Assembly: GCF_963921235.1 (NCBI RefSeq)
Contig: NC_086097.1
Location: 128,466,001 to 128,530,000 of the forward strand
Length of the DNA: 64,000 bases
From: Mobula hypostoma
Taxonomy: Eukaryota
Reading direction: 5' to 3'
Below are positions 38,146 to 51,584 of the stretch, piece after piece; position 1 is the stretch's first letter, and each line of letters begins with the position of its first letter. The notes beneath the pieces are model-generated. The model did not search any database. It had not been told where the DNA came from and saw nothing but the letters and a program-made list of their open reading frames with translations. The translations under genes and the position numbers were made by a program.

Positions 38146-39504
38146 TGATAACCATGGACCCGGAGAAAGTGTGCATCATCATTGAATGGCCCCGACTGCG
38201 CTCCCTCAAACAGCTACAACAATTCTTGGGCTTCTCCAACCTTACCACCATTTCATTTCATCAGGAACTGCAGCCAAATCACTGCTTCTCTCACCAAATC
38301 ACCTACCTCACAGATGACCCGGTCTGCTGCTGCAGACCTTATTTTCAAAGTGCTCAAGAGATGCTTCACCACTGCTCTCATTCTCCATCGTCCAAACACA
38401 TGCAGACCTTTTGTGGTAGGAGTGGATGCATCTGATGTGGGCACTGGAGTCATCCTTTTCCAGTGAGGACCAGACTGGAAGGGCACACCCTAGTGCCTTC
38501 TTCTTGTACAAGTTCAACTCTGCACAGCAGCGTTATGGAGTAGAAGTCAGGCAGCTACTTTCCATTAAATGAGCCTTGGGAGAATGAAGCCAACAGTTGA
38601 TGGGACCAACAGAATCTCCTATCCATAAATTGGGTCCACCAACTCAACCTATATCAGGGATGCTGGGTCCTCTTCTTCAAGCAATTCAACTCTTACCGAA
38701 GCAGCCCTACGAACACTGAGGTGGACGTCCTGTCATGACAGTTTGACCCAGTCAAAATGGAGGCCCATCATTCCATCTTCTCTTCCCATCCCTCTCCACC
38801 TCCCACTCTTACTCCTCATTCTCCCACCTCCTCCCCCTCTCCTTCCTTCCCACTCTCCCTCTCTCCTTCCTGCTCTCTCTCTCTTTCTGCTCCTGCTCTC
38901 CGCCCTCTCCTCTCCCCCTCCTACTATGCCTCACGCATGCCCAAACACCCTGCCAGTTGATGGCTGATCTTTTATCCCAGTGTCACTCTCTTTGTATTGA
39001 TTCCCCTTAACAATCCTCCCTCAGCCACTTACTGCTTCTCCCTCTATCACCCACAACTCTTTCTTTCCTTCTTCCATGTTACATTTTCTGTACCAATGAC
39101 AGTTTCATTAGGTACCCTGAGTGTCAGGGATAGACCAAATAGCAGCAAGTGTGAATGTGCAGTTAATCATTGATGCTGGCTTTATGCTTCATGTGTTACA
39201 CAGGCATCAAGGTGTTAACGGAATCACATACGTTGTAAGAGGTTAGGCAGTGTGTGGGCAGCAGGTGTAATGGTCTCTTGCCAAAGGACCAGGCCCTTGG
39301 TCCCTCCTCGCCCCTCTCCAACCATCGACCGACTCTTGGATTTTCTGCGATCCCAGTTCCAGTGGCCCACCATGATCACAAATGCACATTAGTTCACCGC
39401 TGCCTGCCCTCAATTTGCCCAGTGCAGTTCCTCCAACCAGCAGCCCTTTGGGCTCCTACAGTCTCTACTGTTTCCCTGAACACCCGTGCTCCCATGTTGA
39501 TACC

Positions 39505-40125
39505 CTATAAGAAAGCTTATGGGGTGTTAGCTTTCATAAGTCTAGGGATAGAGTTTAAGAGTCGCGAGGTAATGATGCAGCTCTGTAAAACTTTGGTTAG
39601 GCCACACTTGAAGTACTGTGTCGAGTTCTGGTCGCATCACTATAGGAAGGATGTGGAAGCATGGGAAAGGGTACAGAGGAGATTTACCAGGATGCTGCCT
39701 GGTTTAGAGAGTATGGATTATGATCAGAGATTAAGGGAGCTAGGGCTTTACTCTTTGGAGAGAAGGAGAATGAGAGGAGACATGATAGAGGTGTACAAGA
39801 TAATAAGAGGAATAGATAGAATGGATAGTCAACGCCTCTTCCCCAGGGCACCACTGCTCAATACAAGAGGACATGGCTTTAAGGTAAGGGGTGGGAAGTT
39901 CAAAGGGGATATTAGAGGAAGGTTTTTTTTTGAGTGGTTCGTGCATGGAATACACTGCCTGAGTCAGTGGCGGAGGCAGATACACCAGTGAAATTTAAGA
40001 GACTACTAGACAGGTATATGGAGGAATTTAAGGTGGGGTGTTATATGGGAGGCAGGGTTTGAGGGTCGGCACAACAATGTGGGCCGAAGGGCCTGTACTG
40101 TGCTGTACTATTCTATGTCCTATGT
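39505..40125 (+). mobile_element. CR1 3' fragment inserted in the Gypsy integrase region
   Basis: KKAYGVLAFISLGIEFKSREVMMQLCKTLVRPHLKYCVEFW...RRMRGDMIEVYK with a TTCTATG-type tail. Confidence 0.92.
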
Positions 40126-41190
40126 TCTATCACCATCGATTGCATCACATGTTTGCCACCTTCTGATAGGCCACAGTGATCAAGACTGTGGTGGACGATT
40201 CTCCAAGGCAGCCCACTTCATTGCACTTACCAAACTTCATCATCCTCTGAGAAGGTGGGTATGGTTCTCCAACATGCGGTTTGGCTCTACGGTTCCCCTC
40301 AGTATGTTGTGGCGGACGGGGTGGGTGGGAGGGGGCTATAATTCATCTGCCGCTCCTGGCTAGCCTACTGCTCCCTCCTCTGCACCTCACTGAGTTTGTC
40401 CTCTGACTATCATCGGCAGACCAATTTAACAATCAGAAAGAGCCAATCAGCGAGTGGAGAAATCTCTGTGATGTTTTGCCACTTCTAACTCTTCCACATG
40501 GAAGAGGTATCTGCTTTGGACTGAACTGTTCCACAGTCTACATACCTCCGCTGCCACAGGTTTGTCACCCTTTGAAGTGCTTCATGGATATGAATCCCCA
40601 TGGTTCGCCATGGAATAGTCATGGAGGTTCCGTCCACCAGGGCCCTGGCTTACCAATGTCGGAATGCTCGGAAGAGGCCACGGAGGGCCATCTTAGCTGC
40701 CAACCATGCCCATTGCCACCAGGGTAAGAGCCCATACATTCTCTGAGCTGAGGACCGTGTCTGGTTGTCCACCAACTCCCACAACCTCTCGTCCCTGGTT
40801 CATTGTTCCCTTTAAGATTAGCCATCGCATCAACCCAGTCATTTAATGTCCCCTGCTTCCACTGTCCCTCAGGATTACACCTAACTTCCACATGCCCTGC
40901 CTCAAACCCGTTGTCCATGGGCTATTTAACCCACCTGAGCCTGCATCTCCAGAACCAAAGATGGTGGAGGGTCATCCAGTGCACACAGTTTGCCGGATGA
41001 TGGATTCACATAATTGTAAATGGGGTGTGCAGAACCTGGTCAACTGGAAAAGGTAAACCCTGGAAAAGAAGTCCAGGGTGCCGTCCAGCTTCATCTTGGA
41101 TCTATCACACTTCAAGGAGTTCCACCAGACCCATCAGGTTTGTTCTGGTCATTGGGTACCTGCTGTGATTGGTGGGGGGAGTGGTATCCC

Positions 41191-41475
41191 TGTTGGGCCT
41201 GCCACACAGGCTGGCACCTCCCAGTATCCACCCAGCAAACAGGAGTCACCTGCCACTCATTTCCAGTTGTAATCCACAGTCCTTTGATCACCCATTGAAC
41301 CAGCAAGCATCAACCAGTTGCTCCTAGCCTTCAGATACCTTGTTGCCGTGTCATGTTAAGTATCTGCTCTCTCATGTTCTGTGACCCCTTGTGGCTTTTT
41401 ATTTCGCAGTTAATTAGTAAAATACCACCTCACCTGTTCTGCCTTTGCGTCAAGCCTCTTCTACTTCTCCTGACA
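41191..41475 (+). repeat. 3' LTR of the Gypsy element
   Basis: TG...CA termini after the purine-rich tract; homologous to the 5' LTR. Confidence 0.85.
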
Positions 41476-42409
41476 ACGTACTTGTGCATATGACAATAAA
41501 TTCGACTTTGATTTATTGTCAGGGCTCAAAACCAACATTATTTACCTTATTACCTTCAGACAATGAGGATATGGTGTACTCAGACCATGGCATCTGGATA
41601 GGAACAATCATTTGAGGCTTAGACTGTACAGATGTATTAGCTAAAGCAGCAGACGTGAAAATGTTATAAATAGCAAAGCAGCAGACAATGAGTTCAAGGC
41701 TGCTTTAAATTACAGGTGACAGAAATGCATTCCTCTTTTAATTGAAATTCCTTTGCATCATTTGATTTTCCGGATTAAGTTCCTAGGATCACATCCCAAA
41801 TACTTAATTCTACAATTGCAGCTTGAATGAGCAATTCTTCTTTCAATTACAAAGCATTCCAAGGTGCTTTGTAGTTATCAGGAAAACTTTATCAATAATT
41901 TACCAGAACAGATTAGCAAAAGTATGTTTCAGGAGGTAAAGAAGCACCTTAAATATTATTTTTATTTTTGTCTTCACTAACTTTACTGATTTCAGTTTCT
42001 CCACAGGTTTTTTGTACAGATTGCGGAATTCCAATACCTGCAATATTTTGCATTATTGTGCTATGCAGCCAGGATGTTCTGGGTGGGTAACTGCAATACG
42101 TTTTGTAGATGGTACACTCTGCCGTTAGAGTGTGTCGTTGGTGCCCGTAGTGAAAGGTTAAGGTGGAGTACAAATCATGTGGGCTACTTTGTTCTGAATG
42201 AGAGCCCTCGCGCAGGGAGGTGGAGTATTCCATGTCACCCCTGAACTTATCTTCATGAAGGGTCTCAGCCCGAAATGGTGACTGTTTATTCCCCTCCATA
42301 GATGCTACCTGATCTGCTGAGTATCATGTATGTGTGTTGCTGAACTTGTGGTTTGTTGGTAGTGAAAAAACTTGGAAGATTAAGGGGGCGAGCCACTGAT
42401 TGGGACAGA

Positions 42410-42690
42410 ACATAGAGCATGAAACAGTACAACCCAGGAACAGACCATTTGGCCCAAAATATTGTGTTAAACCAATTGATCTGATGGCACCTGATCACTT
42501 CTGCCTGCACATGATTCCTATTTCTCCAATGTCTGAATATTTATGTGCCTGTCTCTTAAATGCCTCTGTTACATCTGCCTCCACTACCACCCATCCCAAT
42601 GGCATTCACAGCTCTGGAAAAAAACTTGTCCAGCATGTCTCCCTTAAACTTTCGTTTTCCCATCTTAAATGAATGCCTTCTAGTTTTCAA
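42410..42690 (-). mobile_element. CR1 3' end
   Basis: catagagcatgaaacagtacaac...ccatttggccca is the reverse-complement CR1 tail. Confidence 0.7.
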
Positions 42691-43324
42691 AATTGGATAG
42701 TTACTTGAACCAAAGACAAAAGCAGAAGAGTGAGTTTAATTGAACAGAACAAAGAAAGAATCAGCTCAGGTGTGACAGACAGTGAGGGAATGGAAAAAAA
42801 ACTTACAAGTCTTCTTCACCAGAATTGAAAGAGTGGGAAGATCCTAGGGGATTACAGGTCTGGTGAAGACTAATGAGATAAAGAAAATAACATTATGGAG
42901 AATGCAGTGAAACAACCTGAAAAGGAACACTCCCAAAATTTTGAGGGAGGCAAAGTAATGTGGCCCGAGAGATAATGTGTGATGGTGTTAGGAAAAGAAA
43001 AGCTCTATAGGATTGATTAGAAATGACCTACCAAGCACAAAGCCATGTTGACTATTCCTAATCATTCCTTCTCTATCCAAATACTTTTCTACCCTGTCCC
43101 TTTCAGGAATTTGCTCACTACTGAAATCAGTCTCAAAAACCTATGATTTCCCAACTTATTCTTGGAGCCTTTCTTGAACAACAGAACAACATTAGCTATC
43201 CCTCAATCCTCTGGCACCTCACCTGCAATGAAGGACATTTTAAATACCTCTGCAGGGCCAAGCTGGGGTTTGTCGGGTGCCCCATTGGTGTAGTGCTTGT
43301 GCTGTTTTGGCATGTAGACTTCAG

Positions 43325-43480
43325 AGTCCATAAGACCATAAGATATAGGATCAGAAGTAGGCCATTTGGCCCATTGAGTCTGCTCCGCCATTCAATCATG
43401 GGCTGTTCCAATTCTTCCAGCTGTCCCCACCCCGCTGCTTTCACCCCTTGATGCCCTGACTAATCAAGAACCTATCTATA
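43325..43480 (-). mobile_element. CR1 3' tail
   Basis: (GACCATAA)n and agaagtaggccatttggcccattgagtctgctccgcc. Confidence 0.8.
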
Positions 43481-43860
43481 TGGAGTCTGTTTGCAGTTGC
43501 CCAGTTTTTATCTGGTAGCTGTAGTAAAGTCCGGGAGGAGTAAGATGGGGTCGTCAATCAGATTTCCGCTGGGGGGTGGGGGGCATGTTGGTGTGCCAGC
43601 ATTGGCTCCATTCAGTGTGTTCATTATAGGTTCATCAAGGTTTTTCAAGATGTGGAAAGGCTTTTGGGATTTGAGCTGGGAAGCTGGAGGAGCATTTTCA
43701 ATGAGTTTATGAACTGGGATGTTGTTGGGCATATTTTGGATACGCTTGTAGAATTTTGCCAAAGCTGCTCTTCTACGGATCTCCGGGGGTGCTATTCTGC
43801 TTATGTTGGGAGCCATTGGACAGGTGTGGATTTTAGTGTTCCTGAGATTTATCTCATGGA
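43480..43860 (-). mobile_element. Ingi/Vingi-like (I group) LINE fragment
   Basis: Minus strand ISGTLKSTPVQWLP, a frameshift, then IAPPEIRR...LKSQKPF...IDDP...WATANRL. This matches the remembered Vingi C-terminal motifs (TP..WLPVL..IAPP..RR, RLKSR.PF). Confidence 0.65.
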
Positions 43861-45395
43861 CATCTGTAGAAGTCCGTCAAAGTTTTAGATGTAATGCCAA
43901 ATCTTTACAAGCTCCTAAGGAAGTAGAGGCACTCCTGTGCTTTCTTCATAATTGCACTTATGTGCTGGGACCAGGACAGGTCCTCTGAAATGATAACACC
44001 AGGGATTTTAAAATTGCTGACTCTTTCCAATTCTGATCCTCTAATGAGGACTTGCTCATGGACCTTAAACGCAAACAACAGGAATTCTGCAGATGCTGGA
44101 AATTCAAGCAACACACATAAAAGTTGCTGGTGAACGCAGCAGGCCAGGCAGCATCTCTAGGAAGAGGTGCTGCCTGGCCTGCTGCGTTCACCAGCAACTT
44201 TTATGTGTGTTGCTTTCTCACGGACCACTGGTTTCGTCCTCCTGAAGTCAAAAAACAACTCATTGGTGTTGCTGACATTGAGTAAGAGGTTGTTGTTGTT
44301 GTAGTACCACTGAATCAGATTTTCAATCTCCCTCCTATATGCTGATTTGGCACCACCTTTGATTCAGCCTACAATGGTGTTGTTGTCAGTAAACTTGAAT
44401 ATGGAATTGGAGCTGTGGTTAGCCACACAGTCATAAGTGGGGCTAAGCACAGATCCTGGCAGTGCACCTCTAGATTGTGGAGGAGGAGATGTTGTTGACA
44501 ATCCGAACTGACTGGAGTCTGCAGGAAACTGAGGATCTAGTTGCTCACAGAGGTATTGAGACCAACGACTTGAAGCTTATTGATTAGTTTTGAGGGGATG
44601 ATGGTATTGAATGCTGAGCTGTACTCAATGAAGAGCATCCTGATGTATGTATCTTCACTGTCGAAATGTTCCAGGGTTTAGTAAAGAGCCAATGAGAAGG
44701 CATCTGCTGTGGACCTGTTGTGTCGGTAGTCAAATTGGAGCAAATCCAAGTCCATTCGGGAGGAATTGATAGTTTCAGTACCAGCCTCTCAAAACACTTC
44801 ATCACAGTGGATGTAAATAGAAATGCATGGTAGTCATTGAGGCAGTTTACCATGTTCTTCTTAGGCGCAGTGGTATAAGTGAAGTCTGGTGGGTACCTCA
44901 GATTGCCAAAGCAAAAGGTTAAACTTCTCAGTGAACACACCAGCTGGCTGATCAGCACAGGTCTTTCATACTTGACCAGGTACCCCATCTGTGCCAGATA
45001 CTGTTCATGGGATCACTCTCCTGAAGACAGCTTGCACGTCACCCTCAGAAACTGAAATCACAAGATTATCTGGGGCTGTGGGTGTTCATGATGGTTCCTC
45101 CATGTTCCTCCTGATTTAATTGTCTAAGAGGAGGTAGCATTCAAGCCCTGCCACAACTGTCAAGCATCCTTTGTTGATTGAAGTTTGGTCTGGAATTGCC
45201 ACTTCACCCATGAGATAGCTTTCTGGAGATTGTACCTGGACCTGTTGTACCTTTCTTGATCACAAGACTTGAATGCCTCTGATCTGGCCTTCAGCAGATT
45301 GCAGATCTTATGGTACATGCAGGGCTTCTGGTTGGGAAAGACTCTGAGTAATTTTGTGGGACAACCTCATCTACAACTGTTTTAATAAAGTCCAG
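43860..45395 (-). mobile_element. Rex1/Babar LINE, RT region
   Basis: CLNDYH..TSTVMKCFERLVL and VIISEDLSWSQHISAIMKKAQECLYFLRSL. Confidence 0.9.
44065..44216. mobile_element. Penelope-end-derived palindromic insertion
   Basis: 53-bp arms at 44106-44158 and 44163-44215 (one mismatch, AGGA loop). Flanking duplication ctcatggacc/ctcacggacc. Confidence 0.85.
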
Positions 45396-45399
45396 TGAA

Positions 45400-45860
45400 G
45401 GCAAGCTGCAAGCTTTCTTTACCATTCTATCTACTTGTGATGCCACTTTCAGTGTGCTTTGGAAATGCACCCTAAGATTCCTCTGTACATCAATGCCTCG
45501 AAGAGACCTGCCACTCATGATATACTTTCTTCTTACATTCAGTCTCTTAAAGTACCAGAACTTGCACTAGTCTGAATTAAACTCCATCTGCCATTTTTCT
45601 GCCCACATTTACAAGAAATCTTTATCATGCTGAATCTTTTGACAACCTTCCACATCATCCACACTCTGCCATTTTTTTTTGCATAATGTGCAACTTACTG
45701 ATCTGCCTATCTACATTTTCATGCAAATCATTTATATATGTTGCAAAAAAACAGAACTTCCAGCTCTGATCTCTGTGGAACACCATTGCTCATTGATCTC
45801 CGATTTGAATAATATCTCTCTAGGTCTTCTATGTCCAAGGCAAATTTGAATCCAAGTTAG
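45400..45860 (-). mobile_element. CR1 RT-region fragment
   Basis: TLKVASQVDRMVKKA, and the reverse complement of KWQMEFN. Confidence 0.75.
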
Positions 45861-46904
45861 ATTTAGAAGAGGGATGCAATTATAAAAGCAATAACTTTTA
45901 GTGTTTATGATTAAAGTGATGATTACTTGGTTTCCTCTGAAGCAGGCTACAACATGAAAGATTGAGAGCCTCTGATGTTAAATGTATTTGGAATTTTCCC
46001 AGAATTTATGAATATTTATAATACATGCATCAGATCTTATGCACAAACTCAGCCAAAGACAAAGATCACTGTTTCAGTGTTAGGAAGTTGTCAGTAACAC
46101 TGTATATGACATACAATAAATTCATCCCAAAAAGAAAAGTAAAGGCAGGAAGCAGGAAAGGAGGAATTTGTATGCAGCAAGCTCCCATAAGTAGCAATGT
46201 AAAGTCTACAGTGTATGATTGAAAAAAATCATTCTGCAGTCAGCCATATTAAATATTTTGATGGTTGTATCACATGTAATGCCATTACCTCAGAAATTTA
46301 TTTCAAATGAGAATGAATTTCCCACTTCTTGTGTTTTGCGAATGTTGGTTGAGAGGTATATATTGGCCAAGAGTGCCACCTCTGATGATGCTGATCAGCA
46401 TTAAGCTTCTTCATTAACAAACACAATGAAACTATTAAACAGCGTTTATTCTATTGCAGTTCAAATGTATCATGGAAAGGGTAGACTCCTCAACCTCTCC
46501 ATGAATAGTGTTTAGCTCTCTAAATCACTTTCATCAAATACATGCTTCATAAATAGTGATCAGTTTTATCAACCTTTGTTAAGATGACATGCTATGTCAC
46601 CCACTTCTTATCCAATATTTTCATTTTTCCCATAAATAGTTGGTGAAAAGACAAAATTTCTCCCATTAGTACTTTGTTTATTGACTATATCATTGTTCTG
46701 TTGGCTTAAATCCAAATCAGATAAAGGTCCACTACAAGGCTTGTTTATTCAATAACTCATTTTCAGTTTAAAGAATAAATGTTTTTGATTTGATTTGGTC
46801 CACTCAAAGCACTAGCTCCCTGAGAATAAGGTTTCCATATTAATTGCATATTATATGAATGATTTCATCATCAAGGAGGAAAGCTCAAATTCAAGCCTAA
46901 AATA

Positions 46905-48010
46905 AGACCATAAGACATAGAAGCAGAATTAGGCCATCTGGCCCATCGAGTGTTCTCTGCCAATTAATCACGGCTGATCCAATTCCCTCTCAGCCCCAAT
47001 TTCTCACCTTCTCCCTGTAACCCCTCAAGAATCTATCAACCTCCACCTTAAATATACCCAATGCCTGTGGCTGCGTATTCCACAGATTCACCACTCTCCA
47101 GCTAAAGAAATTCCTCCTCATCTCCATTTTAAATGGATGTATCTCTATCCATCAAGGCCTTTCAATATTCAATAGGTTTCAATGAGATCTTCCCTCATTC
47201 TTCTGAGTGCATGCCAACAGCCACCAATCGCTACACACATGGTATCCCTTTCATTCCTGGAATCATTTGCGTGAACCTCTTTTGAACCCTGTCCAATGTC
47301 AGCACATCCTTTCTTAAATATCATCACCATCATTTTGTGACATGCTGTATGATGTGGGCAATCGTGGTCTTTCTCTGACCATGATTGTTCTTGGCAAAGT
47401 TTTCTACAGAAGTGGTTTACTCTTGTCTTCTTCAGAGCAGTGTCTTTACAAAAATGATGACCCCAGCCATTAGCACTACTCTTCAGAGATTGTCCGCCTG
47501 GTGTCAGTGCTCGCATAACCAAGACTAGCTTCTCACATGACCATCCATCACCTGATCCCATGGCTTAATGTGACCCTGATCACGGGGTTAAGCAGGTGCT
47601 ATACCTTGCCCAGGGATAACTTGCAGGCTAGCAGAGGAAAGGAACATCTTACACCTCTTTTAGTAGAGACATCCTCCCCACTATCCACTTTCTTAGATAA
47701 GGGGTCCAAAACTGCTCATATTATTCTAAGTGAGACCTTACCAGTGCCTTATTAAGCCTCAACATTACATTGCTACTTTTATATTCTCGTCCTCTCAAAA
47801 TGAATGCTAACATACGTTTGCCTTGCTCACCACTGACTCAACCTGCAAATTAACCTTTAAGGAATTCTGCATGAGTCCCTTTGTATCTTGGATTTTTGAA
47901 TTTTCTCTCCATTTAGAAAAATAGTCTGTATCTTTATTTCTTCTACCAAAGTGCATGACCGCACACTTCACGACAGCATATTCCATCTGCCATATTTTTA
48001 CCCATTCTCC
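46905..48010 (-). mobile_element. CR1 fragment interrupted by a SINE
   Basis: CR1 tail at 46905; RRMREDLIETY and WQMEYAVVKCAVMHFGRRN. Confidence 0.85.
47321..47687 (-). mobile_element. SINE with an RTE-type 3' tail
   Basis: 12-bp TSD ctttcttaaata (47309-47320) / ctttcttagata (47688-47699). Minus strand aaaccacttctgtagaaaaactttgccaagaac resembles RTE/Bov-B-type SINE tails; ends in an (ATG)n-like repeat. Confidence 0.75.
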
Positions 48011-49269
48011 TGGAAAAATAAAACTGCCAAAATTCATTATTTTTTCCTGCAAGACTGTGGCAAAAATTCGGCTGTCATCCTGAATTCATGATGGGAGCAA
48101 TGTGAAAGGAGTGTTGGGCTGTGGAGACATGTCAAGCAACAAAGCTCAGATTTTAATTCATTTGCATTTACATGTTTAGGATTGAATTCTTTCCAGATGT
48201 TGCTGTAATCCCTGTCAGCGAGGCAAGTGGGAGCAATAATGAACGGAGATGGAGCAGCAATAACTTCCTTTCATGGGGAGTGTGGTGTATCTGCATTTGG
48301 TTATATAAAGTAGTCACATGGTCAGAGGTCATAGTAGCATCATTACATCATGGAGTGAGGAAAAACATTCTAGACTGATGCTCATATATCCTGTAACTGA
48401 TAATATTAGTGCAGCACAACCACCACAGCTGAACGCATCAGGATATGCAATGGGGAGATTATTTTCAATGTAGTAATAGCATCCACAAGATCAATAGCAA
48501 ATAAGAAAAGCTCTGTGTTGTAAGGTTTAAATATTATGAAAAGACTATGGACAGGCCAATTGATTGAAGACTGTCTCTGATAGTTTTATAGGGATAGATG
48601 ATAAGGTGAGAGAGAAAAGATTTAAAAAGGAGTTGAAGATAAACCAGTGGTGTCATTAAACGTATTATCAGGAGGTAAGATTTGGAGGGACATTGCGCTG
48701 AAGAAGATTCCAAATGTAAATAGGTGTTGTCCTGGATCAAGGTAACTTCATGAGGTGGCTTGGGATGGAAAGTTGGCAGTACCCATTGGATGTAATACGA
48801 CATTCAGCTCTCTAGGCTCCTGCTGCACTTCCACTAGGTTTCCTCCTATAGATTTCACCAGTAATCAGACCCTGGGTTAAAATGGCAGTTCAGATATGAT
48901 GTATTGGCAGATACTCAGCAAACGGAGATTTGAGACTGAGACCTTTTACTTCTTTCTCCAATGAAGATTGGGACTTACCTGAGACTGGATTTCACTGCGA
49001 GTCAGTGAAATGAACTTCACAGATGGAGTGCCATGTGGTTAAGTGATGATGTAGAGACTTCAGCTCTGAAATACGGTACCGATTGTCCTGGCTGATGGTG
49101 TATTGTTCCAAAGTACCTCTGATATCCCCTCAGTGACACACACAAAATGCTGAAGGCACCTAAGCAAGCCAGGCAGCATTTATGGAAAAGTGTTAACATT
49201 GATATTTCGAGCCAAGACCTATTATCGGGACAGAAACAACAGACCCTCTCTTGTTTCTGATATCCTTTC

Positions 49270-49992
49270 AATAGAAACATAGAGAAACCACAGCGCAATA
49301 CAGGCACTTCGGCCCACAAAGCTGTGCCAAGCATGCCCTTACCTGAGAAATTACCTAGGGTCCCATAGCCCTCTGTTTTACTGAGCTCCATATAACTGTC
49401 CAGGAGTCTCTTAAAAGACCCTATCATATCCACCTCCACGACCATCACCAGCAGCCTATTCCACAAAGTCACCACTCTCTGTGTAAAAAACTTATTCTGA
49501 CCTCTCCTCTGTACCTGATTCCAAGCGCTTTAAAACTGTGCCCTCTCATGCCAGCCATTTCAGCCCTGAGAAAAAGCCTCTGACTATCCACACGATCAAT
49601 GCCTCTCATCATCTTGTACAACTCTAAAAGGTCACCTCTCATCCTCCGTCGCTCCGAGGAATGAAGGCTGAGTTCACTCAACCTATTCTCATAAGACATG
49701 CTCCTCAATCCAGGCAAGATCCTTGTAAATCTCCTCTGCACCCTTTCTATTGTTTCCACATCCTTCCTATAGTGAAGATACCAGAACTGAACACAGTACT
49801 CCAAGTGGGGTCTGACCAGAGTCCTATATAGCTGCAACATTACCTCTCGGCTCCTAAACTCATTCCCACAATTGATGAAGGCCAATGCACCGTATGCTTT
49901 CTTAACCACAGAGTCAACCTGCGCAGCAGCTTTAAGTGTCCTATGGACTCGGACCCCAAGATCCCTCGGATCCTCCACACTGCCAGGAGTCT
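49270..49992 (-). mobile_element. CR1 3' fragment
   Basis: RDLGVRVHRTLK...LYRTLVRPHLEYCVQFW...RRMRGDLLELYK. Confidence 0.92.
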
Positions 49993-51584
49993 TTGCTCCA
50001 ATCATTTTAAAATTTTGACTTGTTGTACAAGCTGTAAATTGTCAATGTTTCAGGCTGAAAGCCTGCTTTAGGACTGAGAGTGGAGATACAGGATGGTCTG
50101 CGTAGAGTGGAGAAGGAGAATGGGAAGAAAGGACTTTGAGGAGATTGCTTCACTGAGAAGAAGTGTAGATGACAAGTAGGTGGAGCCAGGCTGGGGAGGT
50201 GAGTGGGAGTAGAGTAGGAAGACTGTGACAGGAGAATGATAGATGGAGGCAGACAAAGAGATTGAGGAAAATGAAACAGAGCCAGTTTTGATGAAGGGTC
50301 CTGGCCTGAAAAGCTGATTACTTATTCCCCTCCATAGATGCAACCTAAATTCTTCCAGTATTTTTTGTATGTGTTACTGTCAGACAAAAGATGGAGCAAG
50401 GAGGAGAGGGGAGACTGGAGGTCGATGCTGGAGGACGATAAACAGGAACACCAGTGCTGGGTTCCAGTAAGTAAAGAAGATGAGAATGGGAGCCAGTAGA
50501 GGAGAAGGAAAGGGTGGACGATCGTTGGAACCAGGTGGAAATTGTTGGTGGTGGTGAGATTGGGGGTGGGCATAGTGATGTTAGTGAAATAGTGAGGAGA
50601 TTGGGAACAAAGACCGGTGAAAGGGGATGGGGGGACAGTGGGAAGTGAAGCAAAAATAGGCGGATCAGAAGGAGACGGGGGAGGCAGGGAAAAAGGAAAG
50701 ACGAAGGGAAATTAACTAAAATCAGAAAACTCGGTATTCATTGCATCAGGTTGTAGGCCACGTAGGCTCAAGGGAAAATGGGCCAAGCCTCTTCAGTCTC
50801 TCCCACTAACTAAAAAGTTCTTTCTCAGGTAACATCTTGGTGAATCTCCTCTTGCCCTCTCCAGTGTGCGCTGGTTCCGTCCCACATCCCAAAGAAATGC
50901 AGGCACAAAAGAGACTGCATAATGTTGGAAACCTAGAGGAACTCAGCTGCCCAGGCAGCATCAATGAAGGAAAATGAACAGTCAACATTTTGGGCCAAGA
51001 CCCTTCATCCTGATGATGTTTCTGGGTTTCTCCAGTGTTTTGTGAGTGTTGCTAGGCTAATTACCCCCTGAAAATTGCCCTTAGTGAGTAGGTGATCTAT
51101 AAAATCTGGGTCGATGAGAATATGGGGAAAATAGCTGGAGGATTTCTCTGTGAAACAATATAGACTAAACAGCCAGAAATAGTCTTGTATATTGTAAGGA
51201 AGAAGTAAATATGAGAGTGGGTAGTTTCTGAGACAATAAAGGGATCACAAGGGTACAGACATCGATAGTGTCAGGAACAAGGTGGCGGAGAGTCATGTTG
51301 GCTGGTGACGCACTCAAAGGAATCTACATACTAATTTCAAAGTGTTCTCTCAGGAGACTTTATGACCATGAAGTTCATTCTACGTGTGTCACGCTTGACC
51401 TACTGTAGAGTGAAACTACTATTGTGCTCCTTTTCTTAAATTTGCATTGGTTTCAACTTCACTGGATTTCAAGAATTCCGGAACAGTGGTGGCCATTTCT
51501 AAACTGCTACAAATGCTGCTAGGCAAGGACAATTTTCTCCCCTGTTTATTATTCCTGGAGAATGAAACATTTTGTTAGTAAATT

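Larger units (their letters stand above)
35418..41475 (+). mobile_element. Decayed full-length Ty3/Gypsy LTR retrotransposon (sushi/chromovirus-like)
   Basis: Two similar LTRs end in ctcctgaca (35730 and 41475). G-rich PPT before 41191. Gag remnants; protease ALADS; RT RPYDSAINLLPG, CINYSGLNKITVKN..PLPL and GHYEYLVMPF; RNase H LQQFLGFSN and FVVGVDASDVGTG; integrase RFSKAAHFIAL. Many frameshifts. Confidence 0.92.

Noticed and set aside
39254..39991. 245-aa ORF, the longest in the window
   Set aside because: Out-of-frame Gypsy sequence fused to an inserted CR1 fragment.
46400..46900. Possible decayed coding sequence on the minus strand
   Set aside because: Only short open stretches with frequent stops and no recognisable motif.
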